Below, piece after piece: positions 30,971 through 39,835 of a stretch of 64,000 nt of DNA. The position numbers and the translations under genes were made by a program. The notes under the pieces are model-generated. The model did not search any database and was not told the DNA's origin. It saw nothing but the letters and a program-made list of their open reading frames with translations. The stretch covers positions 14,208 to 78,207 of the forward strand of contig JAUYFG010000312.1 of the NCBI GenBank assembly GCA_030690985.1. Reading direction: 5' to 3'. Source of the DNA: Pseudomonadota bacterium. GTDB taxonomy: Bacteria > Pseudomonadota > Gammaproteobacteria > Burkholderiales > Thiobacillaceae. Position 1 is the stretch's first letter, and each line of letters opens with the position of its first letter.

Positions 30971-31127
30971 GTAGGATGTGGTTACCGAAGGGTATAAGCA
31001 GGGACTTGGCCGCCGTCTTTTGGCGGCTTAGTCCTTCGCTTAGGGGCTTTATCAGGGGCTTCATCAGAGGAACGAACCGCATCACCGGCCGCGCTCGATG
31101 CGGTTCGCTGCGCTCACCACATCCTAC
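30971..31127. repeat. REP palindrome (GTAGGATGTGGT...) whose left arm is interrupted by an 86-nt element
   Basis: The left arm starts GTAGGATGTGGT, is interrupted at 30982-31067, then resumes ..GAACGAACCGCATC. The intact right arm GATGCGGTTCGCTGCGCTCACCACATCCTAC ends at 31127. Confidence 0.8.
30982..31067 (+). repeat. 86-nt dispersed hairpin element, copy A
   Basis: 85/86 identical to 38079-38164. Internal stem GGACTTGGCCGCC-GTCTTTT-GGCGGCTTAGTCC. Confidence 0.85.
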
Positions 31128-31996
31128 GATTGCATACACAGGCTCAACGCCTGCTGCCAATCCGGCAGGCGCACGCCAAACACGCGCGCCAGTTTGTCGT
31201 TGTTCAGGCGCGAGTTGAGCGGACGTTTGGCCGGGGTGGGGTAGTCACTGCTGGGGATGGGCAAGAGGCGGGCCTGGGATTCCTCGCCGTCCAGCGTCTG
31301 GATGGCCTCGGCGAAGCCATGCCAGGAGGTCTCGCCGGCGTTGGTCATGTGATACACGCCCCACGGCTCGGGCCGGTCGGCACCACGCGCGGGCGAGAGC
31401 TGTTGGCTCAGGATCAGCGCGGTGGCTTCCGCCAGCATACGGCTCCAGGTGGGTGCGCCGACCTGATCGGCGACGATCTTCAGTTCCGGCCGCTCCCGCA
31501 TCAAGCGGCGCATGCTGAGCAGGAAATTGGCGCCGCGCGCGCCGTACACCCAGGAGGTGCGGAAGATCAGGTGGCGCCGGCAGGCCGCCTGGATGGCCTG
31601 TTCGCCGGCCAATTTGCTGGCGCCGTAGACGTTGAGCGGGCCTTTGCTGTCGTCTTCCCGCCAGGGCGTGTTACCACTGCCGTCGAATACATAGTCGGTG
31701 GAGTAATGCAGCAGCAGGGCACCCAGCTTCTCGGCCTCTTCGGCGAGGATGCCGGGCGCGCCGGCATTGATGGCGTAGGCCAGATCGGTTTCGCTTTCCG
31801 CCTTGTCGACGGCGGTGTGGGCGGCCGGGTTGACGATGATGCGCGGGGCGACCTCGCGCACCACACGGCGGATGGCGGCGGTGTCACTCAGATCCATCAC
31901 CGATGAGTCGACCGCGACCACTTCGCCCAGACAGGCCAGGGTGCGGCGCAGCTCCCAGCCGACCTGGCCGTTGCTGCCGGTCAGCAGAATCTTCAT
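31124..31996 (-). CDS. rfbD: dTDP-4-dehydrorhamnose reductase
   Basis: MKILLTGSNGQVG..., YSTDYVFDG, and position in the rfb cluster. Confidence 0.9.
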   Translation of the reverse strand: MKILLTGSNGQVGWELRRTLACLGEVVAVDSSVMDLSDTAAIRRVVREVAPRIIVNPAAHTAVDKAESETDLAYAINAGAPGILAEEAEKLGALLLHYSTDYVFDGSGNTPWREDDSKGPLNVYGASKLAGEQAIQAACRRHLIFRTSWVYGARGANFLLSMRRLMRERPELKIVADQVGAPTWSRMLAEATALILSQQLSPARGADRPEPWGVYHMTNAGETSWHGFAEAIQTLDGEESQARLLPIPSSDYPTPAKRPLNSRLNNDKLARVFGVRLPDWQQALSLCMQS

Positions 31997-32550
31997 GGGT
32001 ACACCTCGGCGTCTTGCAGCAGGCTGCCGACCTTGTCTTTGCCCGACAGCGCCGGCTCACCGCTCGATGACAAACCCAATGGCCAATCGATACCGATCGC
32101 CGGGTCGTTCCACAGTACGCAGCGTTCATGTTCCGGGGCGTAGTACTCGGTGGTCTTGTAGAGGAAGTCGGCGCTTTCCGAGAGCACCAGGAAGCCATGC
32201 GCAAAACCGGGCGGCACCCACAGCATGTGTTTGTTCTCGGCCGACAGTTCATGCCCGGTCCACTTGCCGAAGTTGGGTGAGGATTTACGCAGATCGACGG
32301 CAACGTCGTACACCGCGCCACTGGTCACACGCACCAGCTTGCCTTGCGGCTGGTGGAGTTGGTAATGCAGGCCGCGCAACACGCCTTGGGCGGAGCGGGA
32401 ATGGTTGTCCTGCACGAAATCCAGGTCGAGGCCGAGGCTGGCAAACGTCTTGCGGTTCCAGCTTTCCATGAAGAAGCCGCGTGCATCGCCGAAGACTTTC
32501 GGTTCGATCAGGAGAACTTCAGGCAATTCGGTCGCGATGATCCGCATCAA
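31993..32550 (-). CDS. rfbC: dTDP-4-dehydrorhamnose 3,5-epimerase
   Basis: DARGFFMESW...RGLHYQ...LWVPPGFAHGF. Confidence 0.9.
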   Translation of the reverse strand: MMRIIATELPEVLLIEPKVFGDARGFFMESWNRKTFASLGLDLDFVQDNHSRSAQGVLRGLHYQLHQPQGKLVRVTSGAVYDVAVDLRKSSPNFGKWTGHELSAENKHMLWVPPGFAHGFLVLSESADFLYKTTEYYAPEHERCVLWNDPAIGIDWPLGLSSSGEPALSGKDKVGSLLQDAEVYP

Positions 32551-32571
32551 AACACCCTGTCTTTGAGTTTC

Positions 32572-32644
32572 GTAGGTTGGGCAAAGCGCAGCGTGCCCAA
32601 CATGGCGGCGGTTCGTTGGGCACGCTGCGCTTTGCCCAACCTAC
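32572..32644. repeat. REP palindrome (GTAGGTTGGGCAAAGCG family)
   Basis: GTAGGTTGGGCAAAGCGCAGCGTGCCCAAC...GTTGGGCACGCTGCGCTTTGCCCAACCTAC between rfbA and rfbC. Confidence 0.85.
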
Positions 32645-32656
32645 GTCCTTCTCGCA

Positions 32657-33538
32657 TCAGAACACCTTTTCTTTCAACATCGCCAGCAGGTATTGGCCAT
32701 AGGCGTTCTTCTTCAGCGGGGCGGCGAGCTTTTCCACCTGTTCCGCGTCAATGTAGCCCTGGCGGTAGGCGATTTCTTCCGGGCAGGCGATCTTGAGGCC
32801 TTGCCGTTTTTCGATGGTTTCGATGAACAGGCTGGCTTCCAGCAGCGATTCGTGGGTGCCGGTGTCGAGCCAGGCATGGCCGCGTCCCAGGATGGAGACG
32901 CTGAGTTCGTTCCATTCGAGGTAGCGCCGGTTGACGTCGGTGATTTCCAGTTCGCCACGCGGCGAGGGCTGCATGGTGCGGGCGATGTCGAGCACGCGGT
33001 TGTCGTAGAAGTAGAGGCCGGTGACGGCGTAGTTGGATTTCGGCAGCGTGGGTTTTTCTTCCAGGCTGATGGCTTTGCCGCTGGCGTCGAATTCGACCAC
33101 GCCGTAGCGCTCGGGGTCGTGCACGCGGTAGGCGAACACGGTGGCGCCGCTGGCCTGGGCGCTGGCGGCCTTGAGGTCTTGGGCCATTTCGTGGCCGTAG
33201 AAGATGTTGTCGCCGAGTACCAGGGCGCTGGGGCCTTCTCCGACAAAGTCGGCGCCGATGATGAAGGCTTGCGCGAGGCCGTCGGGGCTGGGTTGCACGG
33301 CATAGCGCAGGTTGAGGCCCCATTGCCTGCCGTCGCCGAGAAGTTGCTCGAAGCGCGGGGTGTCCTGCGGGGTGGAGATGATGAGGATGTCACGAATGCC
33401 GGCCAGCATGAGCGTGGTCAGCGGGTAGTAGATCATCGGTTTGTCGTAGATCGGCAGGAGCTGCTTGGACACCGCGAGGGTGGCGGGGTAGAGCCGGGTG
33501 CCGCTGCCGCCGGCGAGGATGATGCCTTTACGGGTCAT
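32657..33538 (-). CDS. rfbA: Glucose-1-phosphate thymidylyltransferase
   Basis: [15 protein letters not shown]...[16 protein letters not shown]. Confidence 0.95.
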   Translation of the reverse strand: MTRKGIILAGGSGTRLYPATLAVSKQLLPIYDKPMIYYPLTTLMLAGIRDILIISTPQDTPRFEQLLGDGRQWGLNLRYAVQPSPDGLAQAFIIGADFVGEGPSALVLGDNIFYGHEMAQDLKAASAQASGATVFAYRVHDPERYGVVEFDASGKAISLEEKPTLPKSNYAVTGLYFYDNRVLDIARTMQPSPRGELEITDVNRRYLEWNELSVSILGRGHAWLDTGTHESLLEASLFIETIEKRQGLKIACPEEIAYRQGYIDAEQVEKLAAPLKKNAYGQYLLAMLKEKVF

Positions 33539-33556
33539 ATCAAACCTTTCTGTAAT

Positions 33557-33937
33557 TCATGGTAATTCCTTGCGTTGCAGGGGCAACAAGCGCAGGCGCG
33601 TGCGGTTCGGATCAACGGTAATCAAGGCCCCCTCATCCAACTCGGTCGCCATCTGGCGCAACGCGGAGATGACCTGCATACCGATCGCTCCCGGGCTGAC
33701 ATCGTCGGCGCGAATTTGCACAACGCTGGGTTTTTCGCCGTGGGTAACGGCGAGGATTGCGCTGAAGTCCAGATCATGAGTAAGCACCACATAACCATTC
33801 GCGCTGGCGTAAGCCATGATTTCCGTGTCCGGCGCATTCTTCGCCCCACGTGTTATCCAATGCGCCGCCTCGATGCCGGCATCGGCCAACACGCCAACCC
33901 AGCGTGGCGAAAGGTTCATATCGACAAGCAACTTCAT
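33557..33937 (-). CDS. DUF5615 (Mut7-C/PIN-like) putative toxin
   Basis: MKLLVDMNLSP...THDLDF is typical of DUF5615. ATGA overlap with the upstream DUF433 gene. Confidence 0.7.
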   Translation of the reverse strand: MKLLVDMNLSPRWVGVLADAGIEAAHWITRGAKNAPDTEIMAYASANGYVVLTHDLDFSAILAVTHGEKPSVVQIRADDVSPGAIGMQVISALRQMATELDEGALITVDPNRTRLRLLPLQRKELP

Positions 33938-34170
33938 GCGGTGACCAGCGTTACCTCGCGCTCCTCTGATCTCCATGCGGCATAACGAAGCGCCTGCATG
34001 ATGTCCTCACGCTCAAGATAGGGGTAGTCGGAAAGGATTTCATCGACGCTGTGTCCCGACCCGACCTGCCCGACGACCATGCCGACCGTGACACGCATGC
34101 CACGAATGCACGCTTTCCCCCCCATCACGTCGGGCTGCTGGGTAATACGGTTTAGTTGTCCCATGTTCAA
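33934..34170 (-). CDS. DUF433 putative antitoxin
   Basis: PDVMGGKACIRGMRVTV...ILSDYPYLEREDI is the DUF433 signature. Confidence 0.75.
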   Translation of the reverse strand: MNMGQLNRITQQPDVMGGKACIRGMRVTVGMVVGQVGSGHSVDEILSDYPYLEREDIMQALRYAAWRSEEREVTLVTA

Positions 34171-34191
34171 CTCCTTATCGAAAGCCTCAGT

Positions 34192-35253
34192 TCACGTCGC
34201 GTACTGCTTCCCGATCCATTCACGATACGCACCACTTGTCACGTTATCCACCCAGCCCATGTTATCGAGATACCACTTCACGGTCTTGCGGATGCCGGTT
34301 TCGAAGGTTTCAGCGGGTTTCCAGCCCAGCTCGCGGTGGATCTTGCCGGCGTCGATGGCGTAGCGGCGGTCGTGGCCGGGGCGATCCTTGACGTAGGTGA
34401 TGAGGCGGGTGCTGGGGCCTTCGGCACTGGGTTGCATTTCATCCAGCAGGCCGCACACGGTGTGGACAATGTCGAGGTTGGGCATCTCGTTCCAGCCGCC
34501 GATGTTGTAGGTCTCCCCTACCCGGCCTTTGGCCAGGACGGCGCGGATGGCGGCGCAGTGGTCGGAGACGTAGAGCCAGTCGCGCACGTTCATGCCGTCG
34601 CCATAGATGGGCAACGGCTTGGCGCGGGTGGCATTGAGGATCATCAGGGGGATGAGTTTCTCGGGGAACTGGTAGGGGCCGTAGTTGTTGGAGCAGTTGG
34701 TGGTGAGTACCGGCAGGCCGTAGGTGTGGTGGTAGGCGCGCACCAGGTGGTCGCTTGATGCCTTGCTGGCGGAATAGGGGCTGTTGGGGGCGAAGGGGGT
34801 GTCTTCGGTGAAGGCGGGGTCGTCGCGGCCGAGCGAGCCGTAGACCTCATCGGTGGAGACGTGGAGGAAACGGAAGGCGGCCTTGTCGGTGTCGCCCAGG
34901 CCGTTCCAGTAGGCGCGCACTTCTTCCAGGAGGTGGAAGGTGCCGACGATGTTGGTCTGGATGAAATCTTCCGGGCCGTGGATGGAGCGGTCGACGTGGC
35001 TCTCGGCGGCGAAGTTGACGATGGCGCGTGGCTGCTGTTCGGCGAGCAACTTGCCGATCAGGGCGCGGTCACCGATGTCGCCCTGGACGAAGATGTGGCG
35101 GCTGCCATTCTCGCCGTGCAGGCTGGCGAGGTTCTCCAGGTTGCCGGCGTAGGTGAGTTTGTCGAGGTTGAGGACCGGCTCGTGGTGTTCAGCCAGCCAG
35201 TCAATGATGAAGTTCGCGCCGATGAAGCCGGCGCCGCCAGTGACAAGAATCAT
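34192..35253 (-). CDS. rfbB: dTDP-glucose 4,6-dehydratase
   Basis: [12 protein letters not shown]..., [10 protein letters not shown] (YxxxK); 353 aa. Confidence 0.95.
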   Translation of the reverse strand: MILVTGGAGFIGANFIIDWLAEHHEPVLNLDKLTYAGNLENLASLHGENGSRHIFVQGDIGDRALIGKLLAEQQPRAIVNFAAESHVDRSIHGPEDFIQTNIVGTFHLLEEVRAYWNGLGDTDKAAFRFLHVSTDEVYGSLGRDDPAFTEDTPFAPNSPYSASKASSDHLVRAYHHTYGLPVLTTNCSNNYGPYQFPEKLIPLMILNATRAKPLPIYGDGMNVRDWLYVSDHCAAIRAVLAKGRVGETYNIGGWNEMPNLDIVHTVCGLLDEMQPSAEGPSTRLITYVKDRPGHDRRYAIDAGKIHRELGWKPAETFETGIRKTVKWYLDNMGWVDNVTSGAYREWIGKQYAT

Positions 35254-35267
35254 ATCTATCTCCTTGA

Positions 35268-36290
35268 TTATTCTTCAAAACCTTGCGGATTCAGGGACTG
35301 CCAGCGCCAGGTGTCTTCACACATCTCATCCAGCCCGCGCCGTGCTTTCCAGCCCAGTTCGCGTTCCGCCAGCGCCGGGTCGGCCCAGCACTGGGCGATA
35401 TCGCCGGCACGGCGCGGCGCGAATTGGTAGGGCACCGGGTGGCCGGAGGCTTTCTCGAAGGCTTGCGCCATTTCCACCACGCTGTAGCCGCACCCGGTCC
35501 CAAGGTTCCAGATTCGCACGCCGGGGCCTGCAGCCAGTTTCTCCACGGCTTTGACATGGCCCTGGGCCAGGTCCACCACATGGATGTAATCGCGCACACC
35601 GGTGCCGTCCGGGGTGGGGTAATCGTTGCCCCATACATTGAGGTATTCGCGCCGCCCCACGGCCACCTGGGCGATATAGGGCATCAGATTATTGGGAATG
35701 CCGCGCGGGTCTTCGCCGATGCGGCCACTCTTGTGCGCGCCCACCGGGTTGAAATAACGCAGCAGGGCGATGCGCCATTCCGGGTCGGAAATGGCCAGGT
35801 CGCCGAGAATCTGCTCGACGATCAGCTTGCCGCGGCCATAGGGATTGGTGGTGGCGCCCACCGGAAAATCCTCGCGGATCGGCACCGAGGCGGGGTCGCC
35901 GTAGACCGTGGCGGAGGAACTGAACACCACGGTCTTCACCCCGGCCGCCTGCATGGCCTCGAACAGGGTGATGCTGCCGGCGATGTTGTTGTCGTAATAC
36001 AGCAGCGGCTTCTCCACCGATTCACCCACGGCCTTGAGGCCGGCGAAGTGAATCACGGCGTCGATGGCATAGGTCTTGAACAACGCGTCAAGCGCGGCAC
36101 GGTCGCGGATGTCGGCTGCGACGAAGGGAAACTCGCGGCCGCTCAGTTCCTTCACCCGCCGCAGCGATTCCAAACTGCTGTTGCACAGGTTGTCGAACAC
36201 CACGATGTCGTGGCCGGCGGCGAGGAACTCCAGGCAGGTGTGGGAACCGATGTAGCCGGCGCCACCGGTAATCAGAATGGTCTGTTTCAT
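35268..36290 (-). CDS. galE: UDP-glucose 4-epimerase
   Basis: [13 protein letters not shown]..., [23 protein letters not shown]. Confidence 0.9.
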   Translation of the reverse strand: MKQTILITGGAGYIGSHTCLEFLAAGHDIVVFDNLCNSSLESLRRVKELSGREFPFVAADIRDRAALDALFKTYAIDAVIHFAGLKAVGESVEKPLLYYDNNIAGSITLFEAMQAAGVKTVVFSSSATVYGDPASVPIREDFPVGATTNPYGRGKLIVEQILGDLAISDPEWRIALLRYFNPVGAHKSGRIGEDPRGIPNNLMPYIAQVAVGRREYLNVWGNDYPTPDGTGVRDYIHVVDLAQGHVKAVEKLAAGPGVRIWNLGTGCGYSVVEMAQAFEKASGHPVPYQFAPRRAGDIAQCWADPALAERELGWKARRGLDEMCEDTWRWQSLNPQGFEE

Positions 36291-36298
36291 GGTTTTGT

Positions 36299-36955
36299 TT
36301 ACCAGAACTGCCAGGCGCCGGTTTGCAGCACCCAGAGCCCGAGGATCAGGTTGGTGGTGGCATGCGCGGCAATCGGCGCCCAGAGGTTGTTGTATTTGCG
36401 GTACAGCCAGGCATAGGCCAGACCAGCCAGGATGCCGGCGAACCAGAGGCTGTGTTCGCTGCCGAACAACACACTGGAGATGAGGATGGCGCGAAAACCG
36501 ACCTCAGCCGCCGAAACGGAAAGAAAATCCTGGCGTTCGATCCAGCGCATGAGAAAGGAACGCCAGAACAGCTCTTCCATGAGCGGCACCACCAGGGCGG
36601 CGCCGGCCAGGCGGAAGGCCAGCAGCGGCCAGTCCATCCCACCTTCCTGATTGCGCGGATCGTAACCGGCCGCACCGCCGAGGTTGAGCCAGCCCTGATC
36701 CAGGTTGATCCAGAGAATGAATACCAGCACGCCGAGCAGAATCGAAACGATCAGCGGCAGACGCGCGGGACGTACCAGCAACTCGCGGTACTCGCCCCGG
36801 AAATACCAGAGCGCGAGCGCCACCACGACCACCTTGACGGGATACAGCCAGCGCGTATCGAAGTCGCCGCCCCAGGCCCGCGCGCCCTGTTCCACGCCGA
36901 GAAAGGCCATGTACAGGACGAAGGGAACGGCGCGAGCAAGCATCGACCGGTTCAT
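36299..36955 (-). CDS. CPBP (CAAX-protease-related) intramembrane protease, PEP-CTERM/exosortase-associated type
   Basis: Polytopic protein with motifs EELFWRSF and FGSEHS plus a C-terminal H (IAAHATTN). It lies next to an EpsD-type PPIase, as in exosortase loci. Confidence 0.75.
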   Translation of the reverse strand: MNRSMLARAVPFVLYMAFLGVEQGARAWGGDFDTRWLYPVKVVVVALALWYFRGEYRELLVRPARLPLIVSILLGVLVFILWINLDQGWLNLGGAAGYDPRNQEGGMDWPLLAFRLAGAALVVPLMEELFWRSFLMRWIERQDFLSVSAAEVGFRAILISSVLFGSEHSLWFAGILAGLAYAWLYRKYNNLWAPIAAHATTNLILGLWVLQTGAWQFW

Positions 36956-36961
36956 GACTTA

Positions 36962-37011
36962 GTTGCTTTTCGCGGGCATACCCTCAAGGGGCACAAAGAG
37001 CCCGCTCCTAC
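36962..37011. repeat. Half REP element (right arm of the GTAGGAGCGGGC family)
   Basis: GTTGCTTTTCGCGGGCATACCCTCAAGGGGCACAAAGAGCCCGCTCCTAC closely matches 61877-61923. Confidence 0.75.
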
Positions 37012-37922
37012 TTGAGGCCGGAGATCGCCTTCTCGAACAGATTCAGGTCGGCAGGTTCGCTCTTCGGCGCGGTGAGCGCATGGCCCGCACCGCCAGCCTT
37101 GGCCTCGGCATAAGGCGCCACGTACTCGATCTTGGCTGCCGCACGCAGCTTGTTGAGCTCCGCCTTCGCCATATCGCGCTTGTGCATGGTCAGCAGGAAA
37201 CGCTCGACGGCCGGCCTGGCCTGTTCGCGCGTGAGCGGTTGGCTCTGCGAGCCGGTGATCGCCAGGATAGTGATCTGTTTGGGATTTTCCAGGGTGATGG
37301 CCTGGCCATCTTTGAGCGGGTGCAGCTTGGCCACCAGCTCCAGCGGCAGTTGCTCGGCGCTCTTCACCGACTGGGCGCCGCGCGCCGGAATGTTTTGCGA
37401 CTTGAGCCACTGCATCAGATCACTCAGATTGGCGCCGCTGCCCAGGCGTGCCTTCACGGCATCGGCATTCTCCGGGCTGATCTGGATCATGATTTCCTGC
37501 AGACGGTAGATGCGCCGTTCGGCGAACAGCTCGGGATGCTTGTCGTAGTACTCGGCGATCTCCGCGTCGCCGGCCTTGGCCGCACTCGCGGTGACCTTTT
37601 CAACATAAGCCTGAGCGAGCACCTGGCGTTCCGCCGCCTGGAGCGCCTCTATCACAGCCGGGTTCTTGTCCAGGCCTTCCTTCTTCGCTTGCTGCTGGAG
37701 CAGACGTTGCTCCAGCAATACATTGAGCATCCGATCCGCCGCATCCCGGGCCTGATCGGGGTTATTCACGCCGGCCTTGGCCAGCTCGACTTCAACACTG
37801 CGAGCGCGGATGCTTTCGCCATTCACCGTGGCCGCCGCCTGTCCTCCGGCATCCGCCCCCGTTTTTTCATTGCAACCGGCAAGGGCAAAGATCAGGGCAG
37901 CCAACAGCACAGACAACTTCAT
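37008..37922 (-). CDS. epsD: EpsD-family peptidyl-prolyl cis-trans isomerase lipoprotein (PEP-CTERM system associated)
   Basis: Lipobox LIFALAGCNEK. SurA-N-like helical region plus a short parvulin-like C-terminus. About 300 aa. Start at MKLSVLL. Confidence 0.65.
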   Translation of the reverse strand: MKLSVLLAALIFALAGCNEKTGADAGGQAAATVNGESIRARSVEVELAKAGVNNPDQARDAADRMLNVLLEQRLLQQQAKKEGLDKNPAVIEALQAAERQVLAQAYVEKVTASAAKAGDAEIAEYYDKHPELFAERRIYRLQEIMIQISPENADAVKARLGSGANLSDLMQWLKSQNIPARGAQSVKSAEQLPLELVAKLHPLKDGQAITLENPKQITILAITGSQSQPLTREQARPAVERFLLTMHKRDMAKAELNKLRAAAKIEYVAPYAEAKAGGAGHALTAPKSEPADLNLFEKAISGLK

Positions 37923-38078
37923 CGTTTGGGGACGCATCGTTTCCAAGCCTCACTTGTTAATAAGTCGCGGGGGGATACCACTGGCAAGCGCGGATTATGG
38001 TGGCGCGACCCTTGCCGGCTCAAGCGTTGCCGGCGGCATTTTGCACTCTGTAGCGCCGGCGTCTTTAAAACAGCCGGC

Positions 38079-38164
38079 TTACCGAAGGGTATAAGCAGGG
38101 ACTTGGCCGCCGTCTTTTGGCGGCTTAGTCCTTCGCTTAGGGGCATTATCAGGGGCTTCATCAG
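38079..38164 (+). repeat. 86-nt dispersed hairpin element, copy B
   Basis: 85/86 identical to 30982-31067. Flanked by the inverted sequences TGTAGCGCCGGC (38049-38060) and GCCGGCGCTACA (38168-38179). Confidence 0.85.
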
Positions 38165-38174
38165 GAAGCCGGCG

Positions 38175-38819
38175 CTACACGGCCGCCACGCTACGAAATG
38201 CCTCGATGATGGGTTGCAAGGTGTCGTGTTTGAGCTTCAGAGCGGCCTGGTTGACCACCAGGCGCGAGCTGATCTGCATGATTTCTTCCACCGCCACCAG
38301 ATTGTTGGCCTTCAACGTGCCGCCGGTGGAGACCAGATCGACGATGACGTCGGCCAGGCCGACCAAGGGTGCCAGTTCCATCGAGCCGTAGAGCTTGATG
38401 AGATCGACATGCACGCCCTTCTCGGCGAAATGCAGGCGCGCCGTATTCACATACTTGGTCGCCACCCGCAAGCGTGCGCCGCGTCTTACGGCGGCCTGGT
38501 AGTCGAAACCGACCGGGGTCGCCACCATCATGCGGCACTTGGCGATGTTGAGGTCCACCGGCTGGTAGAGCCCTTCACCGCCGTGTTCGATCAGCACATC
38601 CTTGCCGGCGATGCCGAGATCGGCGGCGCCATGTTGCACATAGGTGGGCACATCGCTGGCGCGCACGATGATCAGGCGCACATCGGGGCGGTTGGTGCCG
38701 ATGATCAGCTTGCGCGAGGACTCCGGGCTCTCGCTCGGCACGATGCCCGCCGCCGCCAGCAGCGGCAGGGTTTCTTCGAAGATGCGGCCCTTGGAGAGGG
38801 CGAGGGTGATGGGTGGCAT
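38175..38819 (-). CDS. hisG: ATP phosphoribosyltransferase, short (HisZ-dependent) form
   Basis: [16 protein letters not shown]..., [14 protein letters not shown]; 214 aa with no C-terminal regulatory domain. Confidence 0.9.
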   Translation of the reverse strand: MPPITLALSKGRIFEETLPLLAAAGIVPSESPESSRKLIIGTNRPDVRLIIVRASDVPTYVQHGAADLGIAGKDVLIEHGGEGLYQPVDLNIAKCRMMVATPVGFDYQAAVRRGARLRVATKYVNTARLHFAEKGVHVDLIKLYGSMELAPLVGLADVIVDLVSTGGTLKANNLVAVEEIMQISSRLVVNQAALKLKHDTLQPIIEAFRSVAAV

Positions 38820-38829
38820 TGTCGTGGCC

Positions 38830-39096
38830 TTATGCTGCGGCGGCTTCCAGAACCGGCTGGCTGGTCAAATAAATAGTGTCGTAGCTCAGGTCGACTTCCC
38901 CCGGCCACTCGATGGAACCTACCACTACCCTCGCCTGGCGGAAGCGGGCCGGATCGCGCAATTGCTGAAACACGCCCTTGTCGAGATAAGGCGTCAGATC
39001 GAAGACGCGGCGCTCCGCATTCTCGAACGTGACCAGCAGTCGATAGTCAGCCAGAGGGGTGATGGCTTTCACAAACGGACTCATGTCCGACCCCAA
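38830..39096 (-). CDS. DUF2442 domain protein
   Basis: The pattern [21 protein letters not shown]...[13 protein letters not shown] is typical of DUF2442. The start may be ATG 39084. Confidence 0.65.
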   Translation of the reverse strand: MGSDMSPFVKAITPLADYRLLVTFENAERRVFDLTPYLDKGVFQQLRDPARFRQARVVVGSIEWPGEVDLSYDTIYLTSQPVLEAAAA

Positions 39097-39124
39097 CGCA
39101 AAGGGTCAATCCTGAAAAAGGACA

Positions 39125-39514
39125 TCACCACACCGCTCCGGCATAGTTTTCCCGAATACGTCTGTCCCGTGTCACCAGCTGCGCGCCTTCACAAGCTGCT
39201 TGGGCGGTGATCAGGCGGTCGAAACTGTCCCGCGTCCAGTGCAGCTTGCGGGCCTCGGCGATGACGGAGGGAAAGGGCGCAACGCTCATGCGAACGCCGT
39301 AATCCCGCGTCAGCGCTGCAAGCACTTGCGTCGGATCGTCGCGGAAGCGGCCGATCTCCAGCAGATACTGGATTTCCAGTTCCACCATGGGCGAGATTTC
39401 CAGCGCCCCGGCTTCGATGGATGCCTTGGCAGATTGGCTGAGCAGATGGGCTTCGCCGTTGTAGAGCCAGAGAACGACGTGGGTGTCGAGATGGATGCGG
39501 GTTGCATCCATCAT
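39125..39514 (-). CDS. PIN-domain toxin (VapC-like)
   Basis: LDTHVVLW near the N-terminus and D..DRLI..QA and TRD motifs near the C-terminus. ATGA overlap with the antitoxin gene. Confidence 0.75.
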   Translation of the reverse strand: MMDATRIHLDTHVVLWLYNGEAHLLSQSAKASIEAGALEISPMVELEIQYLLEIGRFRDDPTQVLAALTRDYGVRMSVAPFPSVIAEARKLHWTRDSFDRLITAQAACEGAQLVTRDRRIRENYAGAVW

Positions 39515-39768
39515 GCCCCGCTCCCGTCCAGGTTCTCCAGCTCATGCCACTCCGCCTCGTTCCAACCGGACAGTTCGACCAGTTCTTCCGGATCGCCGAC
39601 GATGGCGTTGCGGCGTGGCAGCTTGTCCCAATCAATCTTCGGGCGCTCCGGCACCAACAGCAGATGCCGGCCGTTACGCTCGATCACCACCGGCTCGCCG
39701 GTTTCGAGAACCTGGTCGGCGAGATGGAAGATGTTCTGGCGCAGGGCGGTGAGGGTGACGGTTTGCAT
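39511..39768 (-). CDS. Phd/YefM-family antitoxin
   Basis: MQTVTLTALRQNIFHLADQVLETGEPVVIERNG is a typical Phd/YefM N-terminus. Confidence 0.75.
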   Translation of the reverse strand: MQTVTLTALRQNIFHLADQVLETGEPVVIERNGRHLLLVPERPKIDWDKLPRRNAIVGDPEELVELSGWNEAEWHELENLDGSGA

Positions 39769-39835
39769 GAAGGGCGGCAAGTCTATGTACACGTTTTTAG
39801 TATAACCCGTACATGGACTCGCCCTGGCACAGAAA

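Noticed and set aside
30963-31160. Small ORFs translating repeats (30963-31160, 37919-38161, 41625-41855, 48145-48351, 28419-28649)
   Set aside because: They are created by REP or 86-nt repeat sequence and recur as near-identical peptides wherever the repeat occurs. There is no RBS or coding signal.
36299-36955. CPBP membrane protein as the exosortase itself
   Set aside because: Its motifs (EExxxR, FxxxH) are those of CAAX-protease-like CPBP proteins. At 218 aa it is too small for XrtA/EpsH and lacks that family's architecture.
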